The position numbers and the translations under genes were made by a program. A DNA stretch of 64,000 nucleotides from Deltaproteobacteria bacterium. GTDB taxonomy: Bacteria; Desulfobacterota; Desulfobacteria; Desulfobacterales; JAHEIW01. The stretch spans positions 10,416-74,415 of the forward strand of contig JAHEIW010000003.1 in the NCBI GenBank assembly GCA_024639185.1. The letters are read 5' to 3'. Position 1 is the stretch's first letter. Each line of letters starts with the position of its first letter. This document shows, one piece after another, positions 21,646-30,710 of this stretch. The notes beneath the pieces are model-generated. The model saw only the letters and a list, made by a program, of their open reading frames with translations, was not told the DNA's origin and did not search any database.

Positions 21646-21984
21646 TTAAAATCGCGGCAGGTGCAGTTCGTCAATATGGTGCTTATTTTCCCTGACAAAA
21701 TGATTCACGTAAGGCGGAACCACCGCGCGGTTTAAATAATCTTTAAAATCAGCATCTATTTTCGTTTTGGGCACGGAGGCAACCGGCCAGTCTTCGGCTG
21801 ATTTACAAAAAACATCGTATTCGCTTTGTCCGGTCACGCGCGATATTTTAAACAGATAAAACTCCATAGAATTTTGATGCTTCCGGATCTGCCGGGCATT
21901 TAATTTGTACAGGGCCAGCAGTCCCATTCCCGCCAGGAGGGCAAAGCACACGCTGCCAACTCCATTTATGATTTCTGCAAACAT
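21646..21984 (-). CDS. Hypothetical membrane-anchored protein
   Basis: N-terminal TM helix, RBS aggag, upstream sigma54 promoter. Confidence 0.65.
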   Translation of the reverse strand: MFAEIINGVGSVCFALLAGMGLLALYKLNARQIRKHQNSMEFYLFKISRVTGQSEYDVFCKSAEDWPVASVPKTKIDADFKDYLNRAVVPPYVNHFVRENKHHIDELHLPRF

Positions 21985-22145
21985 CGACCTATCTCCTAAA
22001 ATTAATCACTGTTATAAATATCGGCCAGATAGTGTGTAACCTTTAAACATATTTATGAATTCATTCGCCCAGCAGCAGGATGTTGCTGAAATGGGTCAAA
22101 CACATCCAAAAGGCCAAAGGTAAATGTTAAGCACGATTTGTAAGT

Positions 22146-22161
22146 TGCAAATCATATGCCA
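22146..22161 (-). promoter_or_regulatory. sigma54 -24/-12 promoter
   Basis: Minus strand reads TGGCATATGATTTGCA. Confidence 0.7.
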
Positions 22162-22348
22162 TTTATACCGCAGGTTTGCGATCAGGCCCAGCGCACATGC
22201 TCAGGCATATTCACAAGAGGTCACATGGATTAGGACGGCGATTGCAACCCGCAGGTCGACATGCTTCTGCTGTCTTTGGCTCTGGTTGGAAGCATAGCGG
22301 TGGTTTACCTGAAGGTTGACCATATCCCAGAACGATTTACCGATCGTG

Positions 22349-22388
22349 TGTCAAATGCTGTCAAATGCGATAAGATAATGTCAAGATT
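22349..22388 (+). repeat. Phased 10-bp direct repeats TGTCAAATGC
   Basis: Perfect copies at 22349 and 22359; in-phase TGTCAAGATT at 22379. Confidence 0.7.
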
Positions 22389-22563
22389 CTGAAATATTTA
22401 TAAATATCATTATTTTTTAGGTTGCTTTGATGGCTTCGCTTTGCTAAGCAAAAAGCAGGTTTTATCTGTCCGAGCTTTATCCCATCCAGTTAAATCATAA
22501 CGGGTAGACACTGAAAAATTTGTCAAATTCCAGGACTTCCTGCCGACCCCTTACGTCAGGATT

Positions 22564-22875
22564 TTGGCGCAAGAGAACATGTTTATCTTAAGGCAAGATT
22601 CGAATATCGCTTTCATCGAACCGGACCGCGTGGTGTCTGCCCTGGACCAGACCCTTCCCAGTGGTTTGGACCGCATTCAGGCCGATCAGAACGACACCGC
22701 CAAAAACAATCCGGTAGATGTCGACATCGCCATCATTGATACCGGAATCGATCTGGACCACCCGGATCTCAATGTCGTGGCGTCCATCAATTGTGCCCGC
22801 TGGTTCGGCGGCTGCGCCGATGGCGGTGACGACGGCGACAGCGACGGGACCCTTATTAAAATTAAACGCCCCTGA
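22564..22875 (+). pseudogene. Subtilisin (S8) peptidase fragment
   Basis: IAFIEPD..QTLPSGLDRI..AIIDTGIDLDHPDL; ends at DGDSDGT where HGT is expected; no signal peptide or catalytic Ser region. Confidence 0.8.
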
Positions 22876-23143
22876 TCCGTTGACGTCATCAATTAACAGT
22901 TAACGCAAACCGGCGCCCATATATTTATGCACGGGGTAAAAGGGCATAAGTATATGGGCTTTTTTATCCGAGCCGGGCGGCAAGCAAGTGATTCGACCTG
23001 TTGTCGGGCTTTGATTACGATAAATGATGCGACAGCGCAACGGCTTGCTTGTGGTGATTTTGATGCTTAAGATTTTCTAATTGGTTGGCCCCACGATCGG
23101 CGGGTGCAAGCGGCACCCGAATTCATTAAACCCAGGCTAAAGG

Positions 23144-25513
23144 GTGATTCTCGTGACACCGGAAATTATCATGGTCCTGTCGATTCTGGCAGTGGCAATC
23201 GTGTTGTTGATCAGCGAATGGATCCCGATGGAGGTCACCGCCCTGCTGGCGCTGGGCGCCGTGGCCTTGACCGGCCTGGTCAACCCGGTTGATGCGCTTG
23301 CCGGATTTAGCAACCCTGCTGTTATTACGGTCTGGGCGGTTTTTATTCTTAGCGGCGGATTGACACGAACCGGTGTTGCCAATGTCATCGGTCGATTTGT
23401 GCTGCGTATGGCAGGCGACAGTCAGACGTTGATGGTGATCGTCATCATGACGACCGCCGGTGTGATGTCGGCCATCATGAACAATGTGGCGGTGGCCGCC
23501 CTGATGCTGCCGGTGGTCATGGATATTGCCCGCCACACCGGCAGCGCGCCCTCCCGGCTGTTGATGCCCCTGGCATATGGTTCGCTGCTGGGGGGTCTGA
23601 CCACCCAGATCGGCACGCCCCCCAACATCCTGGTCACCAACGCCCTGCAAGATGCCGGGCTCAAAACCTACAGCTTTTTTGATTTTACACCCATCGGCCT
23701 GGTGATCATGTTCGGCGGTATTGCCGTGATGGTTTTTATCGGCCGTTACCTGCTGCCACAGCGCGATTTAGCCAAAGAATCCTCGCGAACCAATAAGGTG
23801 GACTGGGCGTCTGGGGAAGAATCAAAGGAACAGTTGTTTAAAGTCCGTATCCCGGCGGCCTCAAACCTGGTTAACAAGACCCTGGCGGACAGCCGTATGG
23901 GATCTGTTTTGGGCTGGAATGTGATCGGTATTACCCGCAAAGAGCACACTGTTTTGGCCCCCGGGCCCACTGATGTTTTACAGTCAGATGACCTGTTGAC
24001 CGTTGAAGGCCGCATTGAAAATTTAGATGACATGAAAAACTGGCAGCAGTTAATTGTGGAAGATAAAAAAATCGATGTCACCGCACCCTATTCAGAGGAA
24101 ATCAAAATCGGCGAGGTCCGCCTGCCGCCCGCTTCCCAGTACATCGGCAAAACCTTGAATGTTTTGGGTTTCCGCGATCAATTCGGCGCCAATGTGCTGG
24201 CCATATATCGTAACGGCAGTACCAAACGCACCCATCTGTCTGATGAGCCCCTGCAGCCCAATGATCGAATGCTGGTGGCCGGTCAACAGGAGCGCTTGGA
24301 GCAACTCGCAGAAAAATCCGGATTCGATCAATTTCGCTTTGTCCCCCGTCAGGAACTGATCGATGTCTTTCATCTGCATGAACGCCTGATGGTCATGCAG
24401 GTACCGCCGGATTCGCCGCTGGCCGGAAAAACGCTCAAACAGAGTCGTTTGGGAGATGCACTGGGCAGCCGGGTTCTGGGTATCATGCGGGACAATGATC
24501 CTATCGTAATGCCCGAGCCCGATGAAATCCTGCAGGCCGGCGATCGGCTGGTGGTTGAAGGACGCCTGAGGGATTTTAAAGAATTGGAAGAACTTGAAAA
24601 ACTACAAATTGAAAGACGCACCCGTCCGGATATTCAGTCCCTGATTACGGATAATGTGGGCGTGGTGGAGGCCATCCTTTCCCCCCAGACAACGCTGGCG
24701 GGCAAAACCCTGCGTCAGCTAAATTTCCGTGAAAAATACGGTTTAAATGTACTGGCCATCTGGCGCGGCGGCAAGGCCTTTCGGACGGATTTGCGGGATA
24801 TGGATTTGCGTTTTGGCGATGCCATCCTGCTGTTGGGCCCGCGCGGCAAACTCCAGCTGTTGGGTCGCGAGCCGGATTTTGTGGTCCTGACGGAAATGGC
24901 GCAACGCGAAGTGCGCCTGGAAAAGATGAAAATCTCGCTGATGATCATGGCGGCGGTTCTTTTCCCGGTTATCGTGGGCTGGGTACCCATCTACATCGCT
25001 GCCGTGGTCGGAGCCGCTCTGATGGTGCTTTTTGGCTGCCTGACCATGGAAGAGGCCTACCGACAAATTGAATGGAAGGCCGTTTTTCTCATCGCCGGTA
25101 TGCTGCCGCTGGGAACGGCTTTGGATCAAACCGGCGCCGCCCGGATGATCGCCGAGGGCGTGGTATCATTGGTGGGTCCTTTTGGGCCCACAGCGGTGTT
25201 GTTCGGTCTGGTCAGCCTGACCTTTGTCGCCACCTGTTTTGTGCCCACCGCCGCCCTGGTGGTTCTAATGGCACCCATCGTGTTGAGTACCGCAACCACA
25301 TTGGGCCTGTCGCCGCATGCCCTGCTGATGGGAGTGGCCATGGCCGCATCGGCCAGTTTTATGACCCCGATATCGCACCCGGCCAATATTCTGGTCATGG
25401 GGCCGGGGGGCTATCGTTTCATGGATTATATTAAAGTCGGCGGTCTGCTGACTTTGGTCGTTTTGCTGATCATCGTTTTTATCTTGCCGTTTTTCTGGCC
25501 GCTGACCGGATGA
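23144..25513 (+). CDS. SLC13/CitMHS permease with four TrkA-C domains
   Basis: GFSNPAV, SAIMNNVA, TQIGTPPN, repeated GKTL..LG..VL modules, TPISHPAN. Confidence 0.92.
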   Translation: MILVTPEIIMVLSILAVAIVLLISEWIPMEVTALLALGAVALTGLVNPVDALAGFSNPAVITVWAVFILSGGLTRTGVANVIGRFVLRMAGDSQTLMVIVIMTTAGVMSAIMNNVAVAALMLPVVMDIARHTGSAPSRLLMPLAYGSLLGGLTTQIGTPPNILVTNALQDAGLKTYSFFDFTPIGLVIMFGGIAVMVFIGRYLLPQRDLAKESSRTNKVDWASGEESKEQLFKVRIPAASNLVNKTLADSRMGSVLGWNVIGITRKEHTVLAPGPTDVLQSDDLLTVEGRIENLDDMKNWQQLIVEDKKIDVTAPYSEEIKIGEVRLPPASQYIGKTLNVLGFRDQFGANVLAIYRNGSTKRTHLSDEPLQPNDRMLVAGQQERLEQLAEKSGFDQFRFVPRQELIDVFHLHERLMVMQVPPDSPLAGKTLKQSRLGDALGSRVLGIMRDNDPIVMPEPDEILQAGDRLVVEGRLRDFKELEELEKLQIERRTRPDIQSLITDNVGVVEAILSPQTTLAGKTLRQLNFREKYGLNVLAIWRGGKAFRTDLRDMDLRFGDAILLLGPRGKLQLLGREPDFVVLTEMAQREVRLEKMKISLMIMAAVLFPVIVGWVPIYIAAVVGAALMVLFGCLTMEEAYRQIEWKAVFLIAGMLPLGTALDQTGAARMIAEGVVSLVGPFGPTAVLFGLVSLTFVATCFVPTAALVVLMAPIVLSTATTLGLSPHALLMGVAMAASASFMTPISHPANILVMGPGGYRFMDYIKVGGLLTLVVLLIIVFILPFFWPLTG

Positions 25514-26102
25514 CCAAAATCAAAGAATAGGGCCCTAATGCGTTCTTATTCAAAAGCTCTCTGACGATGAAAGAACCATCCATAAGATCGGTGGTGACAT
25601 CGCCGCCAGTGTAGGACCGACCCGGAAGCCATCCGGGCACCGCGCCGGGAGCCCGGTGCCCGCAGCTGACTGCCGGCAAGCGGGTTAATCCACTTCGCAG
25701 AAAGGATGGGGATGTCATCGGTGTTGAAGTCGTAGGTGACCTGACCGTCGATGAACAGGCCGTGGAAGCGGGCGCTGTCGATGGTCAGTGCCTGCCGCCC
25801 CTCATATACCACATCGTTCCTCAGCTCCACGGACGGACCCCGCTTGAAAACAATCCGGCGCACCACAACTGCGTTCAATGAAAGCAGGAACTGATTTATG
25901 AAGTTTAATAAAGGTATGGGGGGATAACCTAACCCGAACCAGAGACAAAAGCAGAATTGGCAAAGAACTAAATGATAGGCGTCGGCTTCCTGTTAAAAAC
26001 CTTCCTCCATCCGGAATAGTTTATCCCCCCTGTAGGCCTCATGCTGACGGGTAATGTTCAAGCGCCTTATCAGAAAAATCGGTGATAAGTGCTCGTAGCT
26101 GT

Positions 26103-26198
26103 TAGCGGTTGTGAAAAAACGATCCGGTATTCAGGCGTTTTTTCTACAACCACTTATGCCGCACTTCCATATAGCGGAACGCTATTATGGAAAGCGGT
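26103..26198. repeat. Double-hairpin dispersed repeat, copy B
   Basis: tagcggttgt..acaaccact then tgccgcacttccat..atggaaagcggt; homologous to 15066-15160. Confidence 0.7.
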
Positions 26199-26282
26199 AG
26201 AACAGCCATGCAGTATGATAGATGCCACCGTAGCAGATGGCAACAGGGGTTTAAAGGGAAAAAGTAAAATATTATCAAATAT

Positions 26283-26319
26283 TTACAGCATTTGACAGCA
26301 TTTGACAGCATTTGACAGT
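26283..26319 (-). repeat. Tandem 10-bp repeats (TGTCAAATGC x3 plus a partial copy)
   Basis: ttacagcatttgacagcatttgacagcatttgacag. Confidence 0.85.
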
Positions 26320-26447
26320 TACGACCCTGAAAAACTATAAAAATAGGAAAATCTGTAATAAATGAACCGGATGGTTTTTGCATAAAAAACCATACAAAGG
26401 GATTAAAATAAAATGCTAGGAGCGCAATACAAGCGGAATTAAACTAT

Positions 26448-26487
26448 TTTTTACTGTATTTTACTTAATTTTACAGTTTTTTACACA
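26448..26487 (+). repeat. Phased 10-bp repeats with TTTTAC core x4
   Basis: tttttactgt attttactta attttacagt tttttacaca. Confidence 0.7.
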
Positions 26488-26661
26488 TACATGGCGATTT
26501 TTTAAAAAAATGCTTCACATCAACCATTTTATCCCTTAAATGGTAATCGGGACATCGAATTTTCGGTGCCCAACAAATATTTTTAAAGAAAAAACATACC
26601 TTGCCGATACTATAGTAGGTCAAAAGCCAAGGGAAGTTTTCAAAAATAATGAGGACATCAG

Positions 26662-26952
26662 GTGGTATTTATGATAAATGATCACATCGTGCAGCGCCGA
26701 AGCGGTGAAGATCGACGCAAAAAAAACGACAGACGCAGCGGATTTGACCGACGGAACGGTAGTTTCGCCAACGACTTTGATGAATTCAGCGAAGAAAATG
26801 TCTATACCACCAAAGAAGCCTGTGAATATCTTAAGATTTCGCGTCCCACTTACCTCAAGTACATTGCGGAGGGTCGCATCCGGGCCATTAAAGTCGGTCG
26901 CGGTTGGCGCACGCTCAAAACAGAACTGGATCGCTTTTTACGAGGAGACTAA
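26662..26952 (+). CDS. Excisionase-type (HTH_17) DNA-binding protein with N-terminal Arg-rich DRR repeats
   Basis: YTTKEACEYLKISRPTYLKYIAEGRIRAIKVGRGWR; N-terminal RRSGEDRRKKNDRRSGFDRR. Confidence 0.85.
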   Translation: MVFMINDHIVQRRSGEDRRKKNDRRSGFDRRNGSFANDFDEFSEENVYTTKEACEYLKISRPTYLKYIAEGRIRAIKVGRGWRTLKTELDRFLRGD

Positions 26953-27325
26953 CGCTTTTCAGACACAGCGTCATTAAATTCCTTCCTCCGGTAGCCTACA
27001 ACTGCCAGCTTGTATTTCCTGCGCTTACGTTTTCATGCGCTCCATAGCGCCATTGCCCAGCCAAAAACCAACCTGCCAGCGTGAAGCCCATCAGCATTAG
27101 ATGGTGCCTTCGGCCCCCATTTTAGGCGCGAACAAAAAAGTTAACGGGGTGTAGGAAATCAACGCTATTAAAAAAAACACGTGTTTACATCTGGTTATGC
27201 CACCTGATGCTCCCGGCCGGATGCCAATGGTGCAGGCAAAACCATACACCCGTACCCATCCAAAATTCACTATTTTTAATATAAAATTAAACAATAACAA
27301 TTGGTTATGAAGTTTTGCGCACCTT

Positions 27326-27341
27326 TGGCATCCAGCTTGCT
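27326..27341 (+). promoter_or_regulatory. sigma54 -24/-12 promoter
   Basis: TGGCATCCAGCTTGCT. Confidence 0.8.
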
Positions 27342-27378
27342 TTTAACATAAGCTAAAGCAAAGGAGGTGATCTTTTTG

Positions 27379-27681
27379 ATGAGAAAAACCTTATCCATTA
27401 TCCTGGTCTGGCGCTGGCTTTTTGCCATCTTTGTCATCTCTGTAGCGGGCGTCGCCGCGACCCCTTACAAGGGGGAAATTCACACGACCCGGACCATCGT
27501 GGGAACCATCATCAATAAAAATCTAGACCTAGTTACCGTATGTTCACAAGAACATCCGGGCCAAATTATAACCCTGAGCACCAATCCTAAATCCGAAAGA
27601 CTGACCTTGCTGCCGGGTGATCAGATCATCGTTGAATACAGCCCGGATTATATCATCAGAACAATTTCAAAGCAGGGTTAA
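27379..27681 (+). CDS. Small exported OB-fold-like protein
   Basis: Signal peptide; L..GDQIIVEY..I..ISKQG C-terminus paralogous to 28153-28449; RBS aaggagg. Confidence 0.7.
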   Translation: MRKTLSIILVWRWLFAIFVISVAGVAATPYKGEIHTTRTIVGTIINKNLDLVTVCSQEHPGQIITLSTNPKSERLTLLPGDQIIVEYSPDYIIRTISKQG

Positions 27682-27916
27682 ACGCCCGGCCGGTATAGAG
27701 GGCGGTCGGCCTTTAGTCTCTTTTAGGACAAAACCATACAAGCCGGCCATAAAAAGGATACGCATTTTAAGCTATTGATATTTAATCAAATTATGCTTTT
27801 TAGGCCGCAAGAAGCCTGCGGCCCTGTAACCAAATTTATACAAAATAAAACTGACCTGCAGATTCATAAACAAAAATATCTATATATATCAGCGAGATAA
27901 GTTGATAACCCCTGTG

Positions 27917-27932
27917 TGGCACAGCCCTTGCT
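27917..27932 (+). promoter_or_regulatory. sigma54 -24/-12 promoter
   Basis: TGGCACAGCCCTTGCT. Confidence 0.82.
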
Positions 27933-27940
27933 CTTTCAAA

Positions 27941-28128
27941 TACTCGGTATCGGAGGGATCCACAGACCTCGTTGCGCCGAGTAAAACCAGGCGAATCATG
28001 TAATCGAATCGATGCTGAGATTTGAAATGGGCTGTCAGTCAACATAGCAACCCGTCCGGAAAGGAGGTGCAATTTTGCGGGTGTAATACCATTAAAATGG
28101 ATATCATACGGAATCAATTCGATTACAT
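27941..28128 (+). ncRNA. Candidate structured leader or sRNA
   Basis: Hairpin tactcgg..ccgagta; 16-bp long-range stem atgtaatcgaatcgat / atcaattcgattacat enclosing several small hairpins. Confidence 0.45.
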
Positions 28129-28152
28129 ACTAAACCAAAAAGGAGAAAACCA

Positions 28153-28449
28153 ATGCGTCAATTACTGTTCAATAAGCCCATTTCAATGTTGATCATTACC
28201 CTGTTTGCTGTTTCTTTTGCAGCTGTAAGCATTTGCCAGGCCGCCGGTCCAGCCGGGGCCATTAAAGGGGAAGTGGTATCGGTGGACCCAAACTCTGGCA
28301 TGCTTGAAGTGATGAGCCCGGAAGGCAAAACCATCATGCTAAATGCCGGAGAGCAAATCGAAGAACTGAAAACCCTGCAAAAAGGCGATCAGGTAATGAT
28401 TCAATACGATAAAAACAAAAATATACAATCCATCAACAAGGAAGGCTAG
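28153..28449 (+). CDS. Small exported OB-fold-like protein (CusF/DUF5666-like)
   Basis: Signal peptide; GEVVSVD..LQKGDQVMIQY; RBS aaggag. Confidence 0.75.
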   Translation: MRQLLFNKPISMLIITLFAVSFAAVSICQAAGPAGAIKGEVVSVDPNSGMLEVMSPEGKTIMLNAGEQIEELKTLQKGDQVMIQYDKNKNIQSINKEG

Positions 28450-28472
28450 CCCTTGCCTGACCTTCTTTGAAA

Positions 28473-28507
28473 GGGATAAAAGGGGCAGGTATTGCCCCTT
28501 TTATCCC
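28473..28507. terminator. Strong hairpin, probable terminator
   Basis: gggataaaaggggca-ggtat-tgccccttttatccc. Confidence 0.7.
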
Positions 28508-28722
28508 AATGCCGGCCGTCAGGTATCAGATCGGCTGCAAATCTCATCACGGATCCGTCTGCTTACCCTCTTATTCGCGCTTTTATCAAAGCATTTCTAA
28601 ATCGGTTGAGCCCTATAGCCCGTCTGGCGGTGGAAGATAAATGATGACCGCATTCTGTCCCATGCGCGCTCAATCCCGTTTCACGAGGACCTTCGGCAGG
28701 CTCAACCGCTGAACTGAAATCA

Positions 28723-30177
28723 ATGAAACTGACCATTTTTAAACGACTCACCTTTGGTTATGCGGCCATTTTGTTGCTGGTTGTATTTCTGGGCGTTTAT
28801 GTGACCTTAAAGCTCAATCAACTCAACGGGCTCAGCCGGGAAATTGCAACCGTGCATTTCAATCGCTTAACGCTGACGGAACATTTTATGGACAAGCTCT
28901 TTTCCCAGGTCAGTTTTGAGAAAAAATATCTCATCTCACGAGATGCTGACTTCTTAAAAAAATTCTGGGAGATACAGTTTCAGATAATTGAAGATATCCG
29001 CAAACTGGAGGCCTTGCCGGATACGGTAGAAAACAAGAATCTATTCACCCAGATCCAGACCGATTACGGCCAATTTTTATTGCTATTCAGAACCGAAATA
29101 GAAGCGCTGAAAAAAAATTTAAACTACCCGCGTCTCAAATTCCAGCAACAAAAGGATAATCTGGTTGATCAAATTAATCAGCGCCTTAGACAAATGATTC
29201 ACATCAGCCGCTTGCAACGTGATAAAAAAATTAATGCCTCCAGCCAAATTAGCTCCCGGGTTTTGCAGGTAACAACGATTACAGCCGCATTGGCCATCCT
29301 GCTGGGATTGCTCATTTCCTTTTATAACACTCGCGGTATTAACCGCTCCATCGTAAGATTACAGAAAATGACCACAGAAATTGCCAAGGGTAAATTCGAA
29401 GAAATCGATACCATCACATCACCACCGGAAATTAAGGCGCTATGCGATGATTTTAACCTGATGTGCGAGCGCCTCAGGGAACTGGATGAGATGAAAAAAG
29501 ACTTTATCAGCCATGTTTCCCACACCCTGCGAACGCCGTTGACCGCCATGAAAGAAGCCAGCCGGATGCTGATGGAAGGCACATATGCCGATGTTCCCGC
29601 CAAGCAAAACGAATTGCTGGCCATTACACAACAAGAATGTGAACGCTTGATTGATTCGGTGAACCGAATCCTGGATTTGTCCCGTATGGAAGCCAAAATG
29701 ATGGATTATCAGCTAAAGCGAGGTCTCTTATTTCCGGTCATCCAACAAACGGTATTAAAACTGGCACCGATTGCCCAACGAAAAAAAATCGATCTTGAAT
29801 TAAGGCCATCGCGCAATCTGCCGGCTGTCAAAATGGATGAAGAACGTATCGCCCAGGTCATGGAAAATCTGATCGGCAATGCTCTAAAATTTTCGGCTGC
29901 CGGTGGAACAGTGATAATTGCTGCCTCCCTGAAAAACCAAGGACAGCACTATATGGAAGTTTGTGTTGCTGACAGCGGTTGCGGTATCCCGCGGGAAAAT
30001 ATGGGAAAAATATTTGATCGATTTCAACGCATCGATGGCGGGCAAAACACCCCCCTGGGAACAGGCCTGGGGTTGTCGATTGCCAAACACATCGTCGCTG
30101 ACCATGGAGGTAAGATATGGGTGCGAAGCAAACCCGGACAGGGCAGCAGCTTTTACTTTACGTTGCCGGTTGCGTGA
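28723..30177 (+). CDS. Sensor histidine kinase (GlrK/QseE-like)
   Basis: Two TM helices, HAMP, SHVSHTLRTPLT H-box, NLIGNALKF, DSGCGI, GTGLGL. Confidence 0.92.
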   Translation: MKLTIFKRLTFGYAAILLLVVFLGVYVTLKLNQLNGLSREIATVHFNRLTLTEHFMDKLFSQVSFEKKYLISRDADFLKKFWEIQFQIIEDIRKLEALPDTVENKNLFTQIQTDYGQFLLLFRTEIEALKKNLNYPRLKFQQQKDNLVDQINQRLRQMIHISRLQRDKKINASSQISSRVLQVTTITAALAILLGLLISFYNTRGINRSIVRLQKMTTEIAKGKFEEIDTITSPPEIKALCDDFNLMCERLRELDEMKKDFISHVSHTLRTPLTAMKEASRMLMEGTYADVPAKQNELLAITQQECERLIDSVNRILDLSRMEAKMMDYQLKRGLLFPVIQQTVLKLAPIAQRKKIDLELRPSRNLPAVKMDEERIAQVMENLIGNALKFSAAGGTVIIAASLKNQGQHYMEVCVADSGCGIPRENMGKIFDRFQRIDGGQNTPLGTGLGLSIAKHIVADHGGKIWVRSKPGQGSSFYFTLPVA

Positions 30178-30710
30178 TCTGGGCCATGATGGCCATGGGA
30201 TGCCTGCATTGGCCGCCACAGCCGCAGGGCGAGAAACAATTAGTTGAGGCCAGACAACGTTTGGCTTCAGGCGATTACAGCAGTGCCCTTGCAATAAACC
30301 GGCGTGTGCTGGCACAGTTTCCGACACGTCTGGCAGATCAATCACTTTTTCAGATCGGCTTGGTTTATGCGCACCCGCACAATCCGGATCGAAATATCCA
30401 AAAAGCAGTCGACTCCTTTCAGGGCATCATCGACCGCTATCCCACAAGCCAGCTGCAACCGGATGCCCATTTGTGGTTGGCCGTCCTGGATCAGCTCAGA
30501 GCCCAGGAAGGTCAAATACGGTTTTTAACCCAGCGCAGTGCTCCTCTGAAAAAGGCGCTAAAAATGCAAAAGAAGAAAATAAGCCAGCTACAGGACCAGC
30601 TGGAAAAGTTAAAGCGTATCGACATTCATATGGAAGAAAAAAAGCGAGACGCCATACCGCCGGCAGAAGAACTAAAGGAAAAAGGAAATGGAGAAAATTC
30701 TGGTAGTTGA
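30117..30710 (+). CDS. TPR lipoprotein, QseG/YfhG-like
   Basis: MAMGC lipobox, TPR-like helices, C-terminal QLEKLKRID coiled coil; lies between kinase and regulator; start uncertain. Confidence 0.72.
   Translation: MGAKQTRTGQQLLLYVAGCVIWAMMAMGCLHWPPQPQGEKQLVEARQRLASGDYSSALAINRRVLAQFPTRLADQSLFQIGLVYAHPHNPDRNIQKAVDSFQGIIDRYPTSQLQPDAHLWLAVLDQLRAQEGQIRFLTQRSAPLKKALKMQKKKISQLQDQLEKLKRIDIHMEEKKRDAIPPAEELKEKGNGENSGS

Noticed and set aside
25546-25878. 110-aa minus-strand ORF
   Set aside because: TTG start without a clear RBS and no recognisable family; mentioned only as a possible remnant.
26283-26319. Possible CRISPR array or plasmid iterons
   Set aside because: 10-bp tandem units with no spacers; no cas or rep gene.
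26662-26952. Prophage/ICE excisionase
   Set aside because: No integrase, att-like tRNA, or phage/conjugation genes in the window.
28010-28030. TPP riboswitch (GCTGAGA)
   Set aside because: The other conserved TPP elements are missing and no thiamine gene follows.
28674-28697. atcccgtttcacg.gg.ccttcggc, also present at ~50127
   Set aside because: A real two-copy match, but too short to define an element from this window.
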